Shown in pieces: positions 1 to 13,216 of a stretch of DNA of 64,000 nucleotides. The stretch spans positions 11,718,001 through 11,782,000 of the forward strand of contig NC_081333.1 in the NCBI RefSeq assembly GCF_022539665.2. The letters run 5' to 3'. A program made the translations under genes and the position numbers. The notes beneath the pieces were generated by a model, which was not told the DNA's origin, made no database searches, and saw only the letters and a list, made by a program, of their open reading frames with translations. Every line of letters begins with the position of its first letter. Positions within the stretch are counted from its first letter, which is position 1. This DNA comes from Daphnia carinata. Lineage: Eukaryota.

Positions 1-788
1 TTTCTCAAAGCGTCAAAATATAAGAAAAGATGCCTTACTCGTGTACAAGCGTTACACAGACGCCTTTTCTTTTCGATTATTACAGGATTTAACACGAAAA
101 TAAATGTACTATGGCAAAACATTTAATATAGCCGCCATACCAGCAAGGCGATGGAGAACGCTGAAGTGCCTTACATTACGGCTACCAACTACAGGACGAT
201 ATTATGCTTTGAATTCGTCGAATCAAATTGAAAGCGCTCCACTAACGGAACACATTACACCAGGATGTATTATAGAATACAATTTTTCTGTGAACGGTTT
301 TATCCAGAGATTTGCAGCATATAAGCGCAGCTTTGCAAGTTAATTTTTCTTACGTCGAGCACTTGCCAATTCTATCATCAAAAACTATCTTAGCCGAGAG
401 AGACGATTTGGTTGGGAAAAAGGGGCAAGTAGACGTGTTTCTCGGTAGATAATAATGTTGGGATTCTGGGTAGGATTATTGAAAAAGGATTTATTGGTGC
501 TAGTGAAGGTCATTCCTAGAAAAGAGCGAGAATGATCTTGTCTATATATCTAAATAGGAAAAAAACGTTCTATCAAAATCAATTAAATGTTTCATCTCGT
601 GACAAGATATTTGGAATTTTTAAATTAGAGATTCTCGGAATTTTTCTTTTTCCCGATAGCTTTGGCAAACAATGATTCACAATAGATACCATATATTGTA
701 TACGGTCTTATCTTTGTTTAGCAGTTCCCTTATCACTCTCATCCAGTCAATATCAAGTGTTATGCTAGAAAACAGCGCGAAATTAGCG
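1..788 (+). repeat. Direct repeat, copy 1 (near-identical to 63213-64000)
   Basis: The sequence from base 1 recurs at offset 63212, including an identical 79-aa ORF at 104 and 63316. One C/T mismatch was seen (566 vs 63778). Confidence 0.95.
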
Positions 789-1789
789 ACAGAGTGAAAT
801 AAGCAGTCAGTTTGCGACGTCAATGAAGTCACCATGGTTTTGTCGGCCGCAGAATTGGAAGCAGCTAGCACTTGTAAATTAATTAACGGCGATAAAGCTA
901 AAATATTATCACTGTTGCACCTGAGGCAGAATACCGACAGTTTTCTTATTCAATGTCTTGCTGACCGTGAAATTCAAACATTAATTTACGTTGATGAGAA
1001 CGTGTCCTCGAAATCAGCTTATCGTTACAACTGTGCCGTAGTTCACAATCCCCATGCCTGCGTTCATGTAAAACAATGTTAAAATATGTTTTTAAAATCA
1101 TAACCTATTGTTACTTGTACCTTTTCCAGTTGGATGCTGTTAATGGTCACGGTTGGAATGAGAAGAAAAATCAACCTTATGATCCGAAGTTGAATTTGGG
1201 CAAAATTTTTGCTCAGCAGCATTCTAACCGTAAACTGGATAAGTCAGCTAGAAGCAATCACGAAAAGAAGCAGCAACAAATTGACCAATTAGAAGAAACC
1301 ATACGAATTCTTCAAGAGGAAAACACTAAAATGAAACAGAATTACCTTAGCCGTTTAACACAACTTAACAGCGCAATTGAGAACTTCAGTGATAGTAACA
1401 TGAAACCAAACAGTCAACAGGTAAATCAGCTCCAGCAAAAGATACAGTTGCTGAATTCGGATTTGCAGTCCCAGACGGCGGCAGTACGACTACTCAGAGA
1501 TGAAAAGGCTAGTTTGCAAACTGTGATTAATAACTTACGAGTCATGTCACTTTCCAAGAACAATACGAACGTATCTGATAACAAGCGGACTGATCAACTT
1601 GAGCAACAGTTAAATGCGATGAGATTGGACTTGCAGCGCCAAAATGACTTAGTCAGTTCATTGACCGAACAGAATTCTAATTTGCTATCTGCGGTTATGG
1701 AACCTCAAGCTAGGATACATTCCCAACGCGTTTATTCCCAATCCTCCAGGACAAACAATGAGCAGCAAGGCTGCTGCATTATCATGTAA
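660..1789 (+). CDS. 3' exons of an unknown coiled-coil protein ending in a CaaX box (…QQGCCIIM*), possibly a pseudogene
   Basis: Exon 660-1067 (ccgatag| … CAT|gtaaaa) splices in frame to exon 1130-1789 (ttccag|). The region has Q/N/L-rich heptads and a C-terminal CCIIM. An in-frame TGA at 795-797 interrupts the upstream exon. Confidence 0.5.
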
Positions 1790-2240
1790 AGAGAGTACGA
1801 TTAGGACACGTATATTGCCAAAAACGATAGGATGTGGTACGTTTTGCTGTCCGATGGTGATGCTGCAACCATATCAACCAACTGTTTTTTCCCCGTATTT
1901 CGTAATTAATGCTACTGAGATTTGTGCTTAACCACGTTTAATCATTATAATAGAAAAATGTACGTATTCTTCAAAATTAAACTGGGATGATATTTTATTT
2001 TAAAACTGATTTAAAAGTACTGATATGCGTTACGATTAACAAGGGGAGATATCTCTGTGATTTTAGTTGTGGACGTAAATGGTAATATTGCACGCCACAA
2101 CGTGATCTTATAATATTATGGATGGGAAAAGTGCGGAAATTAACACTATTCTACCCACGGATTAAAAGTAAGAAATTGAACAAATGAGTTTTACGATGAA
2201 AAGAAAGGTTCTAAAAATTTGACATACGATACTGGAAGTT

Positions 2241-4301
2241 TCAGTCAGAATCCTCACTGTCGACGATGTTTTTCAATCGACCAAATATTTTCTTAAATTC
2301 AGGCGACTTCTTTGGTGACGTTTCTTGTTTTTTAGCGCTGGCTGGAGACGGACTATGACGAGTTGCAAAGAGGCTCGTTACACCTCGGCGAGATCTCCCT
2401 GTTTTGTTATAGAGGTAGAAATAAAAAGTAAATTCAAATTTTACAAGCAAAAAGGCTCTTGCTAAATATACTGGTACCATTAGAGGTGATGATGTTGGAT
2501 GTATTGAGTTCCGAAACCTCCTTTTCTCTTTCCAATTTCTTCTTAAGTTTTCGGCATTCGGAAACTGAAGGTTTTCCCTTCAATCCGCGTTCATGAAGCA
2601 ACTCCATTAGCTTTTGAGCCCTCGCTTTGTCATTTTTGCAATTTTGCCATAATGTTTTGTAGTTCTGCACACGAATTCCTGTAATTCACGTTCAGTAACA
2701 AAAAAAATTGAAAAACATTGTGATTTTGTTGCTTACTCACCCGCTTCTTTCAAATAGCGTTGAAGCCGTATTATACGCGGGTTGTCCCCGGGATTTTTTT
2801 TCTCTTTTGTGGTTTCCTTTTTTGATGATTTTTCATCTTTCTGCGTGGCCTTTTTCTTCTGCGGGGAAACGTTTTCGGACTCTTCGCTGGAAGAAGATCC
2901 AGAAGTCGAGCAAACAGGGTGTTCTTCAACTTTGCCAGTGCTTGAATTACTTGTTTTACGGACCATTGGATCATCTGAGTCGCTAGCATTTCCAACATTT
3001 TCACTTTTCCTTGTTCCCTTGGCTTTTTTTTGCGGGACTTTCTTTTTTCTTTTCAAGGAGCTGAGAGTTGTATCTGAGTCTTCGCCACTTTCAGAACTCG
3101 AGCTGGATGGCAAAGCAACGGCGGTTTCAACATTTGAGGGATCCTCAACTTCACTGTCTTCTGAAGAGCTGCTAGTATCGGACGAATTATTGAGCTTTTC
3201 CAGAATACCATTTTTATCCAACACCTTTGCTTTTTTACCGCCAATTGGTTTGGAGTTGGAGCCTTTAGGATTTGTGTTGGCTTCCGTTTTAGTTGGAGAA
3301 ATCATAACGTCATCCTGAACAGGCGATTTCTTTTTGCCACTCGCAGGACCTAGCTTTTTCTTGCCCATTGACGGACTAGATTTGCTGTCGATTATTGCTG
3401 GAACAGTTTCATTCTTCGTGGTGGATACTGGAGTGCCATTTTTTATACTGGAAGCCGGTGCTGGTGTATCCCTTTTTGATTTAACAGCATCGTCGGAGCT
3501 GCTATCCGACGAAATGTTTAGTTTTCTTTTAGTTTTGGCCCGTTTTTGCTCACTGCCAGTTTCCTCGCTTCTTTTTCTTTTCAAACTGCTTTTCTCATTC
3601 ACTTTTTTTGTTTTGACTGATTTCTGTTTTTTAATATTGCTCTTGGGCGTTTCCCGTGCTTGCGCGAAACTTGAACTAGAATCAGATTCTTCTTGTTCAA
3701 CAAGTGATGTTTGATCAGAAGCATGGGAATCATTTGAATCATCCATCATAACTTCCAATTTTGATTTGCTTTTTTTACTTTTATTCACAGTTACCTTTTT
3801 TCGTAACTTATTGTTTACCTTCTTTGCTTCTAAATTGGTATGCTGGATTGTTGAACGTACAAACTTGGCAAGCGGGACATCACTAGAACATGAATTGTCA
3901 TCTGCTGATACTGAAACATTGGACGATGGGACTTCTAACTTTAATTCAAGTGGTTTTTTGTTGGAAGCCAACTTAGTTAGTGGGATATCACTAGAACTTG
4001 AATTTTCATCCATTGAAACCAAAACATTTGATGGTTTTTCATTCTGTTTCTCAGTAGTGTTTGAAGTTGAGCCATCAGTTTCATCTTCCGACAAAATGGA
4101 TAACTGTGATTTCTTTTTCGTTACAAGGAAACTTAAGGGTAAATCTGAGCTGGAGTTCGAATTTTCATTTGCAATCTGTGAGGCAATTTTTAACTTTCGA
4201 TGAGACAGGCTTTCACAATCTTTCAGGGGTGATTTTATTGATTCGGATTCAGATTCAGAAGAAGTACCCGAATCAAGGGCTTCCATTATTTCTTCACTCA
4301 T
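2241..4301 (-). CDS. HIRIP3: HIRA-interacting protein 3-like (histone chaperone, CHZ-type C-terminus)
   Basis: Long S/K/E/D low-complexity exon 4301-2741, then exons 2678-2478 and 2398-2241 with GT-AG sites. The spliced C-terminus RLQRYLKEAGIRVQNYKTLW…GLKGKPSVSECRKLK…EVSELNTSNII…GRSRR resembles the HIRIP3 C-terminus. Confidence 0.8.
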
Positions 4302-4564
4302 ATTACGTGTAGGTATCAACGAAGATCTTGTTCTTCAGCCACTGCCGAACTCGTGAATGAGATTGGCGGGAAAATGCAGCTTTGTCGTGACAGACCCGTC
4401 TGCTATTTTTTTTATCCATAGTTGCCAATGTCGTTATAGAACTCATTGTATTCTGTATTGTAAATTTAATAGTTGTAAAACGTAATTTTGGTATACCAGG
4501 CAAAGCTATTAGGATTAAAGCGTATAGAATTATTATTATTTAAAAATATTCAGCATAGAAGTAT

Positions 4565-6656
4565 TTATGCTTTCGGCAGTTCTTTGTTATCTTCTTCTGC
4601 ATCAGGTGACAGAGGTTCAATCGTTGAGGCCAATATTTGAACAATCTTCCGAGCGTCATCGAGCTTGGAATCTCTTTTCTTGTTAGTTGTTTCGTCTATA
4701 AATAACTGCTTAAACTGGCGTTTGACGCGACGCAGTAGATATCCAGAGTTCCAAATTCTCGTCATTTCCCGACTCAGATAAGACACAAGACGGGCCGTCT
4801 CTAAATTTGACGGTACCTTCCCATTTTCACTTAATCGAAGAGTAACTAATGCTTCATTAGGACGAATTTTTGTGGGTTTGAATCGCACTGCTACCAATTT
4901 GCCATCAACTTCCTGAAAATAGTTCACAAAGTTGTTAAGTAACGAACCACCGAAGTTATTCTGAACGGGGATACAAACCGTCAAACGTAGCTTAGCGGTA
5001 AGTTGAGGCGTTGATACACGAGACTGTTGAAGAAGGAATCCGGATTTTTTATCCATTACATACTGCAGTGGGCCGATTAGTAATTGTGTGTCTATAATAT
5101 GCGAGCTAGAATTTTGTCTCATTCCGACCAAGACGTCGCCGTTTCTTTGAATAAATCCTATTCCTTCAACCGTAGCACTTGGCCTGCGCGGATAACTTCG
5201 GGATGAACTTTGGTCACGTTTACCATTCAATTCCTTAGCTTGGCGACCTGAATCCTCCCTGTATCATTTCAAATCATATACCTCCGTCATATTGAATGAA
5301 AAAAGACAATTTACCGCTGTTGTGATGACTCTTCCTCAGCAAATTCCACTTTCCTATTCTCAGTTTCATTTTCACTGAGCAGCTGTAGACTGTATTCCAC
5401 CGTTCCGTCTGGCAGCACAACCGGGAATGGTTTTTGGGTTCGATGATATCCCGTAGCATTATCCTTTTTGGATTGCGTGATGTTAACGGAATCATACGTG
5501 ACCGTCTCCGCACTGTCGTCAACATCATCCTCTTCAGTCGCCATAATTTCTTCTGGAACGGTTGATGATTCCTCAATATCATTAGAATTTTCAGTTACGG
5601 GGCTAAGTGTCGTTTCCTCTTCCGGATTTATTGCATCATCGTCGTCTTCATAACTTTCGGTATCTACTTCGGCAGCTTCATTCTTGAAATTGTCGGCAGC
5701 TCTTGCTCGACGGGTTTTCCCATCTATCACTTTTTCTTCCATTTTGATCGTGTTCGTTTTATTCAGTGCAACAAACGCCCAAGGAGATATTTTCATATTC
5801 GTACGGAAGGTACTGCAAACAATAACCGATTGTTAAACACATAGAGATAGTTATTCGAAGTTCATCAACTTACTTTAATCTTACAGAAAATGTAGAATTA
5901 TGTGTAGCTAATGTTTGTGACATGCATTCAAGCATGTCATCCACAGCTTTATTTAATTGATCGGTATGGGATGATCGGGCCAAATACCGAACCGCGCGGA
6001 TGCCGGGTTGTTTAGCCTTCTTCTGGTATACTTTCTTTTCATTTGGAGGACGACGGTTACGCTTACTGGGCCTCTTGCCTAAATAGAGTTGGATATTTAG
6101 ACTGAAACTACACTCTTCATGGTAAACGGTTCAGTTAAGCATTCTAAACCAACCTTTCTGATTCAGCTGGTTGACGCGATTCTTGTGTCGTTTATTTGGA
6201 CTCTTTTTTTTCCCGTCCTGCTTGTTTGCAGCAATTAAACTTGAAATTTTTTCAGTTATGATTTCAGAGGATTCTACCCGATGATCCGGAACCAATTGCT
6301 TGACTGTGTCCTTTTTATCAATCACTGAGCTTGCGTTGGTTAAACTGATTTCTAACGCATTTCCTTTTTTTCCTAATAAAAATTTTAAAATATTACAATG
6401 TTTCTGTAGTCATTAAAGCAGCTAAAGAAAAAAGTGAACGCCATTTTGTTGCGAAAAGAAGACATTCTGAAATGGAACTACTGAAAACAGTCATGAAGAA
6501 CTTATAGCGTTCGAGTTTCGTATGAGAGACTAAGGTTATTTCAAGGGTAAAAATCATGGCGTTACCAAAAATTAACTGAGGGTTCTTACCTTCATTTAAG
6601 TGGGCCAAACCAGGCGAGAAAAGCAAAACAGCTAAACATAGAAGGAACACTCCCAT
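4565..6656 (-). CDS. Multi-exon uncharacterised secreted protein
   Basis: Signal-peptide-like start MGVFLLCLAVLLFSPGLA followed by a GT donor. Same-strand ORFs at 6131-6325, 5311-5796 (acidic) and 4565-5230 have splice sites. The exon joining is inferred. Confidence 0.5.
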
Positions 6657-6955
6657 TGCGAATTATATAAAGAAAATTTATAAACGCAAAAGCAATGATG
6701 AAATTTTCCTGTCTAGAAGAGAAAAATCTCTTGTTTACTGGTCGATGACTTGTAGCCTTTTGTTGACTGCTGGTCGTCATTCTTTTACCACGTAACACCG
6801 CAACAGGGCCTAGACGTGGAGAATCAGACGTTTCATTCCAATTGCCGATGGCGTCAGAAGGATGGCCTATGGTTTTGGTTCCTTTTCTTGCATGGAGCTG
6901 GCACTGTGTTTTCTGCTACTTCCAACGTGACAGGCGCAGGCGGGCATCGTGTTCC

Positions 6956-7055
6956 NNNNNNNNNNNNNNNNNNNNNNNNNNNNNNNNNNNNNNNNNNNNN
7001 NNNNNNNNNNNNNNNNNNNNNNNNNNNNNNNNNNNNNNNNNNNNNNNNNNNNNNN
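6956..7055. other. Assembly gap (100 N)
   Basis: Run of N. Confidence 1.
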
Positions 7056-7862
7056 CTTGGGAAACATGTTGAACTCGTGCCATTTCTGGGTTTCTGTACC
7101 ACACCCATTTTGGGCCCAAATACGTTCCCACAATTGTTCAGTTCCTTCACTGCATCAGCTTATTACTAACGATTCCTTTAGTGCAGCACTAACAGAATTT
7201 AAATTTTAACACACTGTCATGTGGTGGACTGAATAACTAAGCAATAAATAACTGTTTTTTAAAATTCTATACTTATTTTGAATTCTTATTTGAAAACTTT
7301 AGGTACCTGGCTGTGTTCGCCTAATGCCAACTCATCCTCACGTTCAGTTACAGATGAGTTTTGAAAAACCTCCTTCACTGTTTGGAAACTGTTCCGTTCC
7401 AATTTGTTCTTTTCCCCTAGCTGAGCTTGAAGACTCAAAATTTGAGCTACAGAACACGAATGAATAAAAGCAAATAAATAGAATCATTACGTGTTAGGCC
7501 TACGATCCTTAGCTTTGTTATCTAATATTTTGTGTTGTTCCAATAACTGGGCCTGCAGCTTCATAATTTGATCTAATAAACAATAATTAATAATTGAAAA
7601 CCAATATAATAATGTTTATACTTACCATTTTTTTGTTTTATTATCTTATCCATTTTTCAATTGTTCCTCCATCCACGCGTTGTTCTCCAGCCACGCTACT
7701 CAATTAACTGCTAATGGGATACAATTAACTCAAATTGCTTACATGCCTGTAATAACGAAACCGACTGATATATGGCTACGGGTAGAAAAAAGAGAAAAAA
7801 GTGCGATTTTTTTTTTTTTTTCGCCATTTTTTTTTTTTTTTCATGTAAAACGGATTGCCATA
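7056..7862 (-). mobile_element. Fragment of a repeated DNA element ending in TATGGCAATCCGTTTTAC
   Basis: 7067-7266 is highly similar to 16568-16767. The terminus GTAAAACGGATTGCCATA (7845-7862) recurs at 22245-22262 and, inverted, at 22717 and 43020. It is absent at the equivalent point of the duplicated block (42856). Confidence 0.6.
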
Positions 7863-8122
7863 CTCTGCTAAAGCTAAAAACTAAAATAATAAAAACACAT
7901 ACATATATATTTCAAAAAGCACATAAGTTGGCTGAACAAGATCATGCGTTTTTAAATCGTCATTCATGTACAACCAGAAAAATTTCGTCCGACGAAGTAG
8001 AGAAAGGAACAAATTCATTTCGTGAAATTTATTAAATCGCATGGATTTGAAAGAAACCTCGACATGCATGTAAGAAAGCACTCTATGAAGTTGCCTTTGG
8101 CAGAAGACGTGGATCGCTTGAT

Positions 8123-8900
8123 TTATAGAAGTTTGACCGTTACTTCGAAGCAAACAAGAGTGCTATCACTATCGTCGCGAAGTTCCCATATGGCTTTGGC
8201 GTTCACCTAAAATGGAAGGTGGAATGTAATTGCTTTCGAATTTTGAGTGGTATGTTTGGTCTACATGGTAAATCGCCTTTCAGGTAGGAAAAAACTGATT
8301 TTTTCATTTCTTAACGCAAACAGTACTATTGAACGAAGCTTACCGAAGGGAAGGCAGAAGATAGAACTAGAAGGGTTGACATAGTAATGGGCTCAGCCAC
8401 TGCCACAGGGCAGTCACCAACTTTTACGTCCTCGCAAGCAGGAGGAAATCTACCAGGCCTAATGATAAAACGTCAATAAAGAACGCGATGACTAACATTC
8501 TTGCACATTTTTTAAATCGCATACCAAGGAAGAGTTACGCCACCAATAACGCCCTTCACGTCGGTCGTCAATGTGTTAGTAGAAACCGCTATCCAATACG
8601 AAAATTACAATAAATTAGAAGATTAAATTTTATTGTTATTAAAGATTTGTTTTTATATACGCACCTGAGACGAAATCATATTCGACAGAAACATTGGTTC
8701 CACGGTATACGATGCATGGTAGTACCTCGCAGCCAGGAACACGCACAGCGGTTAAAGTTGATGTAGATCCTGCATTGAAATCAGTTTAAATTCAAATAAC
8801 AAAAAGAAACAAGAAATGAAAAATTACCACAATCCCTAAACGGAGTCGCAGAGACGATGGCAATCAGAAGGGCACAGGCTGCGATAGTTGCCTTAAACAT
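8123..8900 (-). CDS. NPC2: NPC2/MD-2-related lipid-recognition (ML domain) secreted protein, 5 exons
   Basis: Spliced product MFKATIAACALLIAIVSATPFRDCGS…PGCEVLPCIVYRGTNVSVEYDF…TLPWPG…ACED…GDCPV…FPSVNAKAIWELRDD…LVCFEVTVKLL has a signal peptide and the six-Cys ML pattern. Confidence 0.85.
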
Positions 8901-10034
8901 TTTGATGATTAAATTTGCCAGGAGTTGTAGCGAATGAAGTAATGGGAGAAATGAATGTCCTTTTATATGTTTACCTATAATGTTCACGATATGTGTCGAT
9001 AACGATGCGGAAATTATTGTTGGGTGTCTACCGCCGATTTAATAAGGCCCTAGATGTCTGGCAAACCAATACAGAATTAGAGCAATTTTTGATCTTACCT
9101 TTTTATCTATTCAGGAAGCTATAGAGATCCTACTATGATGCATAAGTTAAGGTGTTATCACCTCATCATGATCTTCCTGGGTTTGATAGTACAGTGAATA
9201 TTGGACCTAACATTTGCTAATGGCACGCGGAAGGTACAAACAGAATTATCTCTTCCCTGTTCGTGACTTTTTTCTCTCAAAAATAAGAGACGTCGGTGCC
9301 GGGAGCTCAGTTGCGTGATACCGTCATTCCCGACGGGGAAGACTGTGTGTATCATTGAGTGCTCACCATTTACCAATTCAGTTATGATTAATTATGCATA
9401 ACGTCTTTGGAAATTGGCTAGTGTTCTAGGTCACCCGTCCCCAGGCTTCGGAAGTTAACAACCACGGCTTCGTTAAGGCCCCTTTATGACCGCCTTATCT
9501 CCCTCCAGTAGATCAGCTCAGCTTAACCTAGGTTGGCACTGCAAAACAAAAGAAAAATGGACGAATTTTGACAACGCATATTTAGAAAGCAAAGTGTTAC
9601 CTTTAAGTGTAAGACATGTAGTCAGCCAGATGTACCAGGGTTTTTAATGTAAAGGCGCCTCCCATGCAACAAAAATTGAAGGCAAAATTATTACTAGGAA
9701 TTAAGGCAAGTTCCCACAGGCTGTGGCGTCAATACCAATAGGCACTAGAAAGTGACCCGAAATCAAAACAAGAAACCTTTCAGGTTACGTAAGAAAACTA
9801 ACAAACAAACAAATAAAAAGCTTCCTTAACATTGTTGTCCAACAACAAGCCTCGGCCTTTATGAAAGGTCGATAAGCTTCGTGTATCAGAGTTGATACTG
9901 AAATCATAAAAATTCACCGGGCGGTATCGGATATTAAAATATGGCATCCCTTCAAAATTGGCAATCAGGCAAAACACGTATTTTTAAACAATCTAGTAAA
10001 AATGATGATTAATCGATGGTGCGGAAAGGCAAGG

Positions 10035-10589
10035 TTATTTCGCAGCCGCTTCAACACTTGGCGTCCGGTGCAAAAATTCGTAATATTCGGCTACAGTTTT
10101 CTCTTGATCTACGGTTTCAATCGAGTGCGGCCGTGCAGTTCTAACATGCAAAATAGCCTCTTCAGGGTTTAAATGTTTAAACCGTACTAGGTAGCAGGCA
10201 AGAAGGGTTCCTGTCCTTCCGATTCCAGCACGGCAATGTACAGCAACCCCCTACGCTAAAGCAAAGCAAAATTAGGAATAACAGGTTAACTTTCTATAAA
10301 ACTGTGAAATGTGTGTGACCTGATTTTCTTCCAAAGCTTTTTCACAAATTCCAATGAACTGCTGCACTTGCTCCATAGTGAAAGTACAGTAATCATCCAC
10401 ACAAATATTAACTACGATTAATGCTGGTACTTCTTCCGTGTTGGGTTTTAATTCTTTGGTCAAAGTAACCAGATAGCGGATGCCGTGATTCGCGAGAAAT
10501 TCTAAATCCTCCCGCTTATCAGGGAAAGCCAGGGCAGCAATTTTTCCATCCTCCAGCCACGAGAAGTTCTTGGGAGTTGTTGAGCACAT
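10035..10589 (-). CDS. DUSP23: Dual-specificity phosphatase 23-like, 2 exons
   Basis: PKNFSWLE…AFP N-terminus. Exon 2 (from 10250) has the active site VAVHCRAGIGRTGTLLACYL followed by RPHSIET. Confidence 0.85.
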
Positions 10590-11063
10590 AGCGAATAGAC
10601 ACAACCTGTACTTTCAAATGTTTGTTACGTTCTAATCCTATTTTCAACTGCGAAATCCCGGTTACAACCGTTTCCTCGGTTACGAATGCCTTTAACCTTG
10701 ATGAATAATACAGTTAAAAATCGACCGCCGTTGGTCAATTCCTTTTCATTCGAAGGACGCCTGGTTATCAGTTTCCATTCTAAAACCACAGCCAACAAGG
10801 TCATTAAAAATCTAAGATTTAGGCCTCAAATAAACATTGCCATATGGAGAAGAAAAATCTATGAACGCACGCCACGATTGGCACATGACTATAGATTGTG
10901 ATTTCAAGGCCGCAGATAACTGAAAGCGGTTTCAACCTCTATTAATTTCCGCACGTTACAACCGCTTGGAAAAAAATGATATTGGGCCCAGCCCGCAATT
11001 GCACCATACATCTAAAATTGTTGTTACTTTGCACTAAATAGTTGAAGGCAGATGATGACGATT

Positions 11064-12261
11064 TCAGGCCATCTTTTCAATGTTACATTCATTTGGATCG
11101 AGACCCCACGATAAGACATCCGCTTTGGCAATTGCCCACGCCATTCGTTCGGTAGTGAAGTGAAAAGCAGGTTCACCGGAAGCGCTGATGCAAATGGCGC
11201 CGCCTGCACCTTTTACTCTTGAATTCATTAACTGTAGGGATTGCTCGACAGCTTCTTGAGCTTTCATGCCTACAATTCCATATGGGATATAATGGTGTTG
11301 TGTTGCCAGATGATGGATAAATATGAAAATTTACCGCTTTCCATCAAGCAGATTATATGTTTGGCTAAACATATTTTTATGATAGATTCTCCATGGCCAG
11401 TACAGGACACGCCACCAATTTCGTCAATTGCATAAGTTCCACTTCCTGGAATAATCAGAAGCTGAATCAGATGTTTCATTTATGGTTGAACATAGCATTA
11501 CCTATTAGAGGACTATCTCCAACCCGGCCTACTCTTTTACCGGTGATACCTCCTGTGGATGTCGCGGCTGCAATTCGACCGTTGGCGTCCATGGCAACAG
11601 CTCCGACAGTGTCATGTCCAAGTGGCAGTGCATTGATTCTAAAATAATTAGCTTTCAATCAGCTGATGCACAAATGAATGAATAGTACTTACTGGTTGTT
11701 AAATAAAGAATCTACAGCACTTTTATATTTTTCAAAAGTTTGCCATTCATCAAGACACGCTTCAGTGACCAAACTTGATGGGTCTACGCTGGGTACATTG
11801 CACTCATTGGCAAACATATTTGCTCCTTCACCCACAAGCAAGCAATGGTCAGTTTGTTCCATAACCATCCGAGCTAAACAAATTGGGTTGCTAATATTTG
11901 CCACTGCTGCAACAGCTCCTTAATTAGAATATCTTGAGCGTGAGATGACAAATTGCTGTCAGCATAGTCTAAATATTTGGAAATTACCAGCTTTCAGAGA
12001 AGTGCCATCCATAATAGAAGCATCCATTTCAATTAAACCAGCAGCATTCAAGCATGAACCTTTCCCTGCGTCAAATACTGGTTCATCTTCAAGAATAACA
12101 ACTGCCGCTTCAACAGCATCAAGAGCTGAACCACCATGTTTCAAAATGTCATAAGATTTTTTAGCCGCTAACTTGACCCCATTTCTGCTTGCATCACTAA
12201 TATTTTCAGGGATTGCCCAGGCCCCCCCATGAATTACTACAACAGGCTCTACTTTATTCAT
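11064..12261 (-). CDS. ASRGL1: Isoaspartyl peptidase/L-asparaginase (Ntn hydrolase), copy A, 5 exons, intact
   Basis: Motifs [38 protein letters not shown] (nucleophile Thr), STGG, GRVGDSP, TGHGE. Confidence 0.92.
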
Positions 12262-12302
12262 AACAAAAAATTAAATTTTATATGGAACTCAATAATATGT
12301 CT

Positions 12303-12473
12303 TTAATTTGACTTAGATAACAATTCGATTTCTTTCTGGGTTTCTAGTAACTTGTTGGCTAGTCTCTCCCGCCTTCGTTTCAACCACTCGATCCGCCAAC
12401 CTTTCAACTTGTACCCAATAAAAACGCCACATAAGAATGTTAAAATACAGGCTGCTTTAGTTGCGTCCCCCAT
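12303..12473 (-). CDS. MTLN: Mitoregulin-like 56-aa microprotein, copy A
   Basis: MGDATKAACILTFLCGVFIGYKLKGWRIEWLKRRRERLANKLLETQKEIELLSKSN: one TM helix (FxxGVxxG), then a basic WLKRRR..L..KL..TQK tail, resembling recalled human mitoregulin in pattern and length. The ORF is retained in all four copies. Confidence 0.75.
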   Translation of the reverse strand: MGDATKAACILTFLCGVFIGYKLKGWRIEWLKRRRERLANKLLETQKEIELLSKSN

Positions 12474-12559
12474 AGATCCGGTTATCACAGAACACTAAAG
12501 CACGCGACACGAAATAGGAGATGAATTTTGACGATTTAATGAAAACAAGTTTTGAAGAG

Positions 12560-12605
12560 GGAGATAGCAGACGAATATTGCATCTCTAGCGTCATGGCAA
12601 CCGCG
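12560..12605 (-). promoter_or_regulatory. Putative housekeeping promoter motifs (GCAGACGA, TGGCAAC) upstream of the MTLN-ASRGL1 unit
   Basis: The same motifs occur just upstream of EXOSC7 (~49680), between ADCK5 and the TMEM70-like gene (~54455-54490) and before CINP (~23117). Confidence 0.5.
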
Positions 12606-13216
12606 ATTTTTCTTTTTCTTTTCGTTTTTTTTTTTTTACATCTTACAGAAAAAAAAACATTGTACAGGCAGATTTGGAAATACCGACGGTCAAATAAAAA
12701 GAATAGATAAATTAGATATTTTCACTATTTTTGTAATTACCTCACGCCGTGTTTTTCCCATTCAAGATCTCACAAGATATGACAATTAATAGCAGGACGA
12801 ACGCTTTAAATCATTAAAGGATCTGGCATTGAACGATCGTGCAATTTCAAGTTTGTATTAACCATTCTACGATAAATCCAGGAATGAATTAGAAAGACAA
12901 AAAAATCAAGAGGGATCGTTTAGTTCCTCTTAATAATGCCTTCGATGAACTCCGTAATGTGGAGTGTAGCTACACCCTTTTTTCAAGAAAACTCATTTTT
13001 GCCACATTGTTTCCCCAAATGAAACATTCATGTGTTTGCTTGCCAATTAGTAGTGCTACAAAAACGCTTATTACTGGCCTACCAGTAGCGCGGTCTATAA
13101 TGCCGATTAAAAGTTATATACAGCCTAAGGGCAACGGAAAAAGGAGGTGAAAATAAATGGTGTTCAGATCCCCTTGGTAAACCAAAAAGAAAACCTAGCC
13201 CTTACTGATAAGTCAG

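Larger units (their letters stand above)
7862..12557. repeat. Segmental duplication block X (inverted copy at 38676-42856; partial copies 20647-21345, 32247-34084, ~34396-36058)
   Basis: The same ORFs and intergenic sequences recur in reverse complement with a few percent divergence. Confidence 0.95.

Noticed and set aside
795..797. In-frame TGA as selenocysteine
   Set aside because: No recognisable selenoprotein motif or SECIS was seen. A TGG-to-TGA nonsense change is simpler.
2782..4203. Long plus-strand ORFs (178, 126, 145 aa)
   Set aside because: They are antisense shadows of the low-complexity HIRIP3 exon, with S/F/L-rich composition and no motif.
6816..7209. ORFs spanning the N run
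   Set aside because: Artefacts of translating through the assembly gap.
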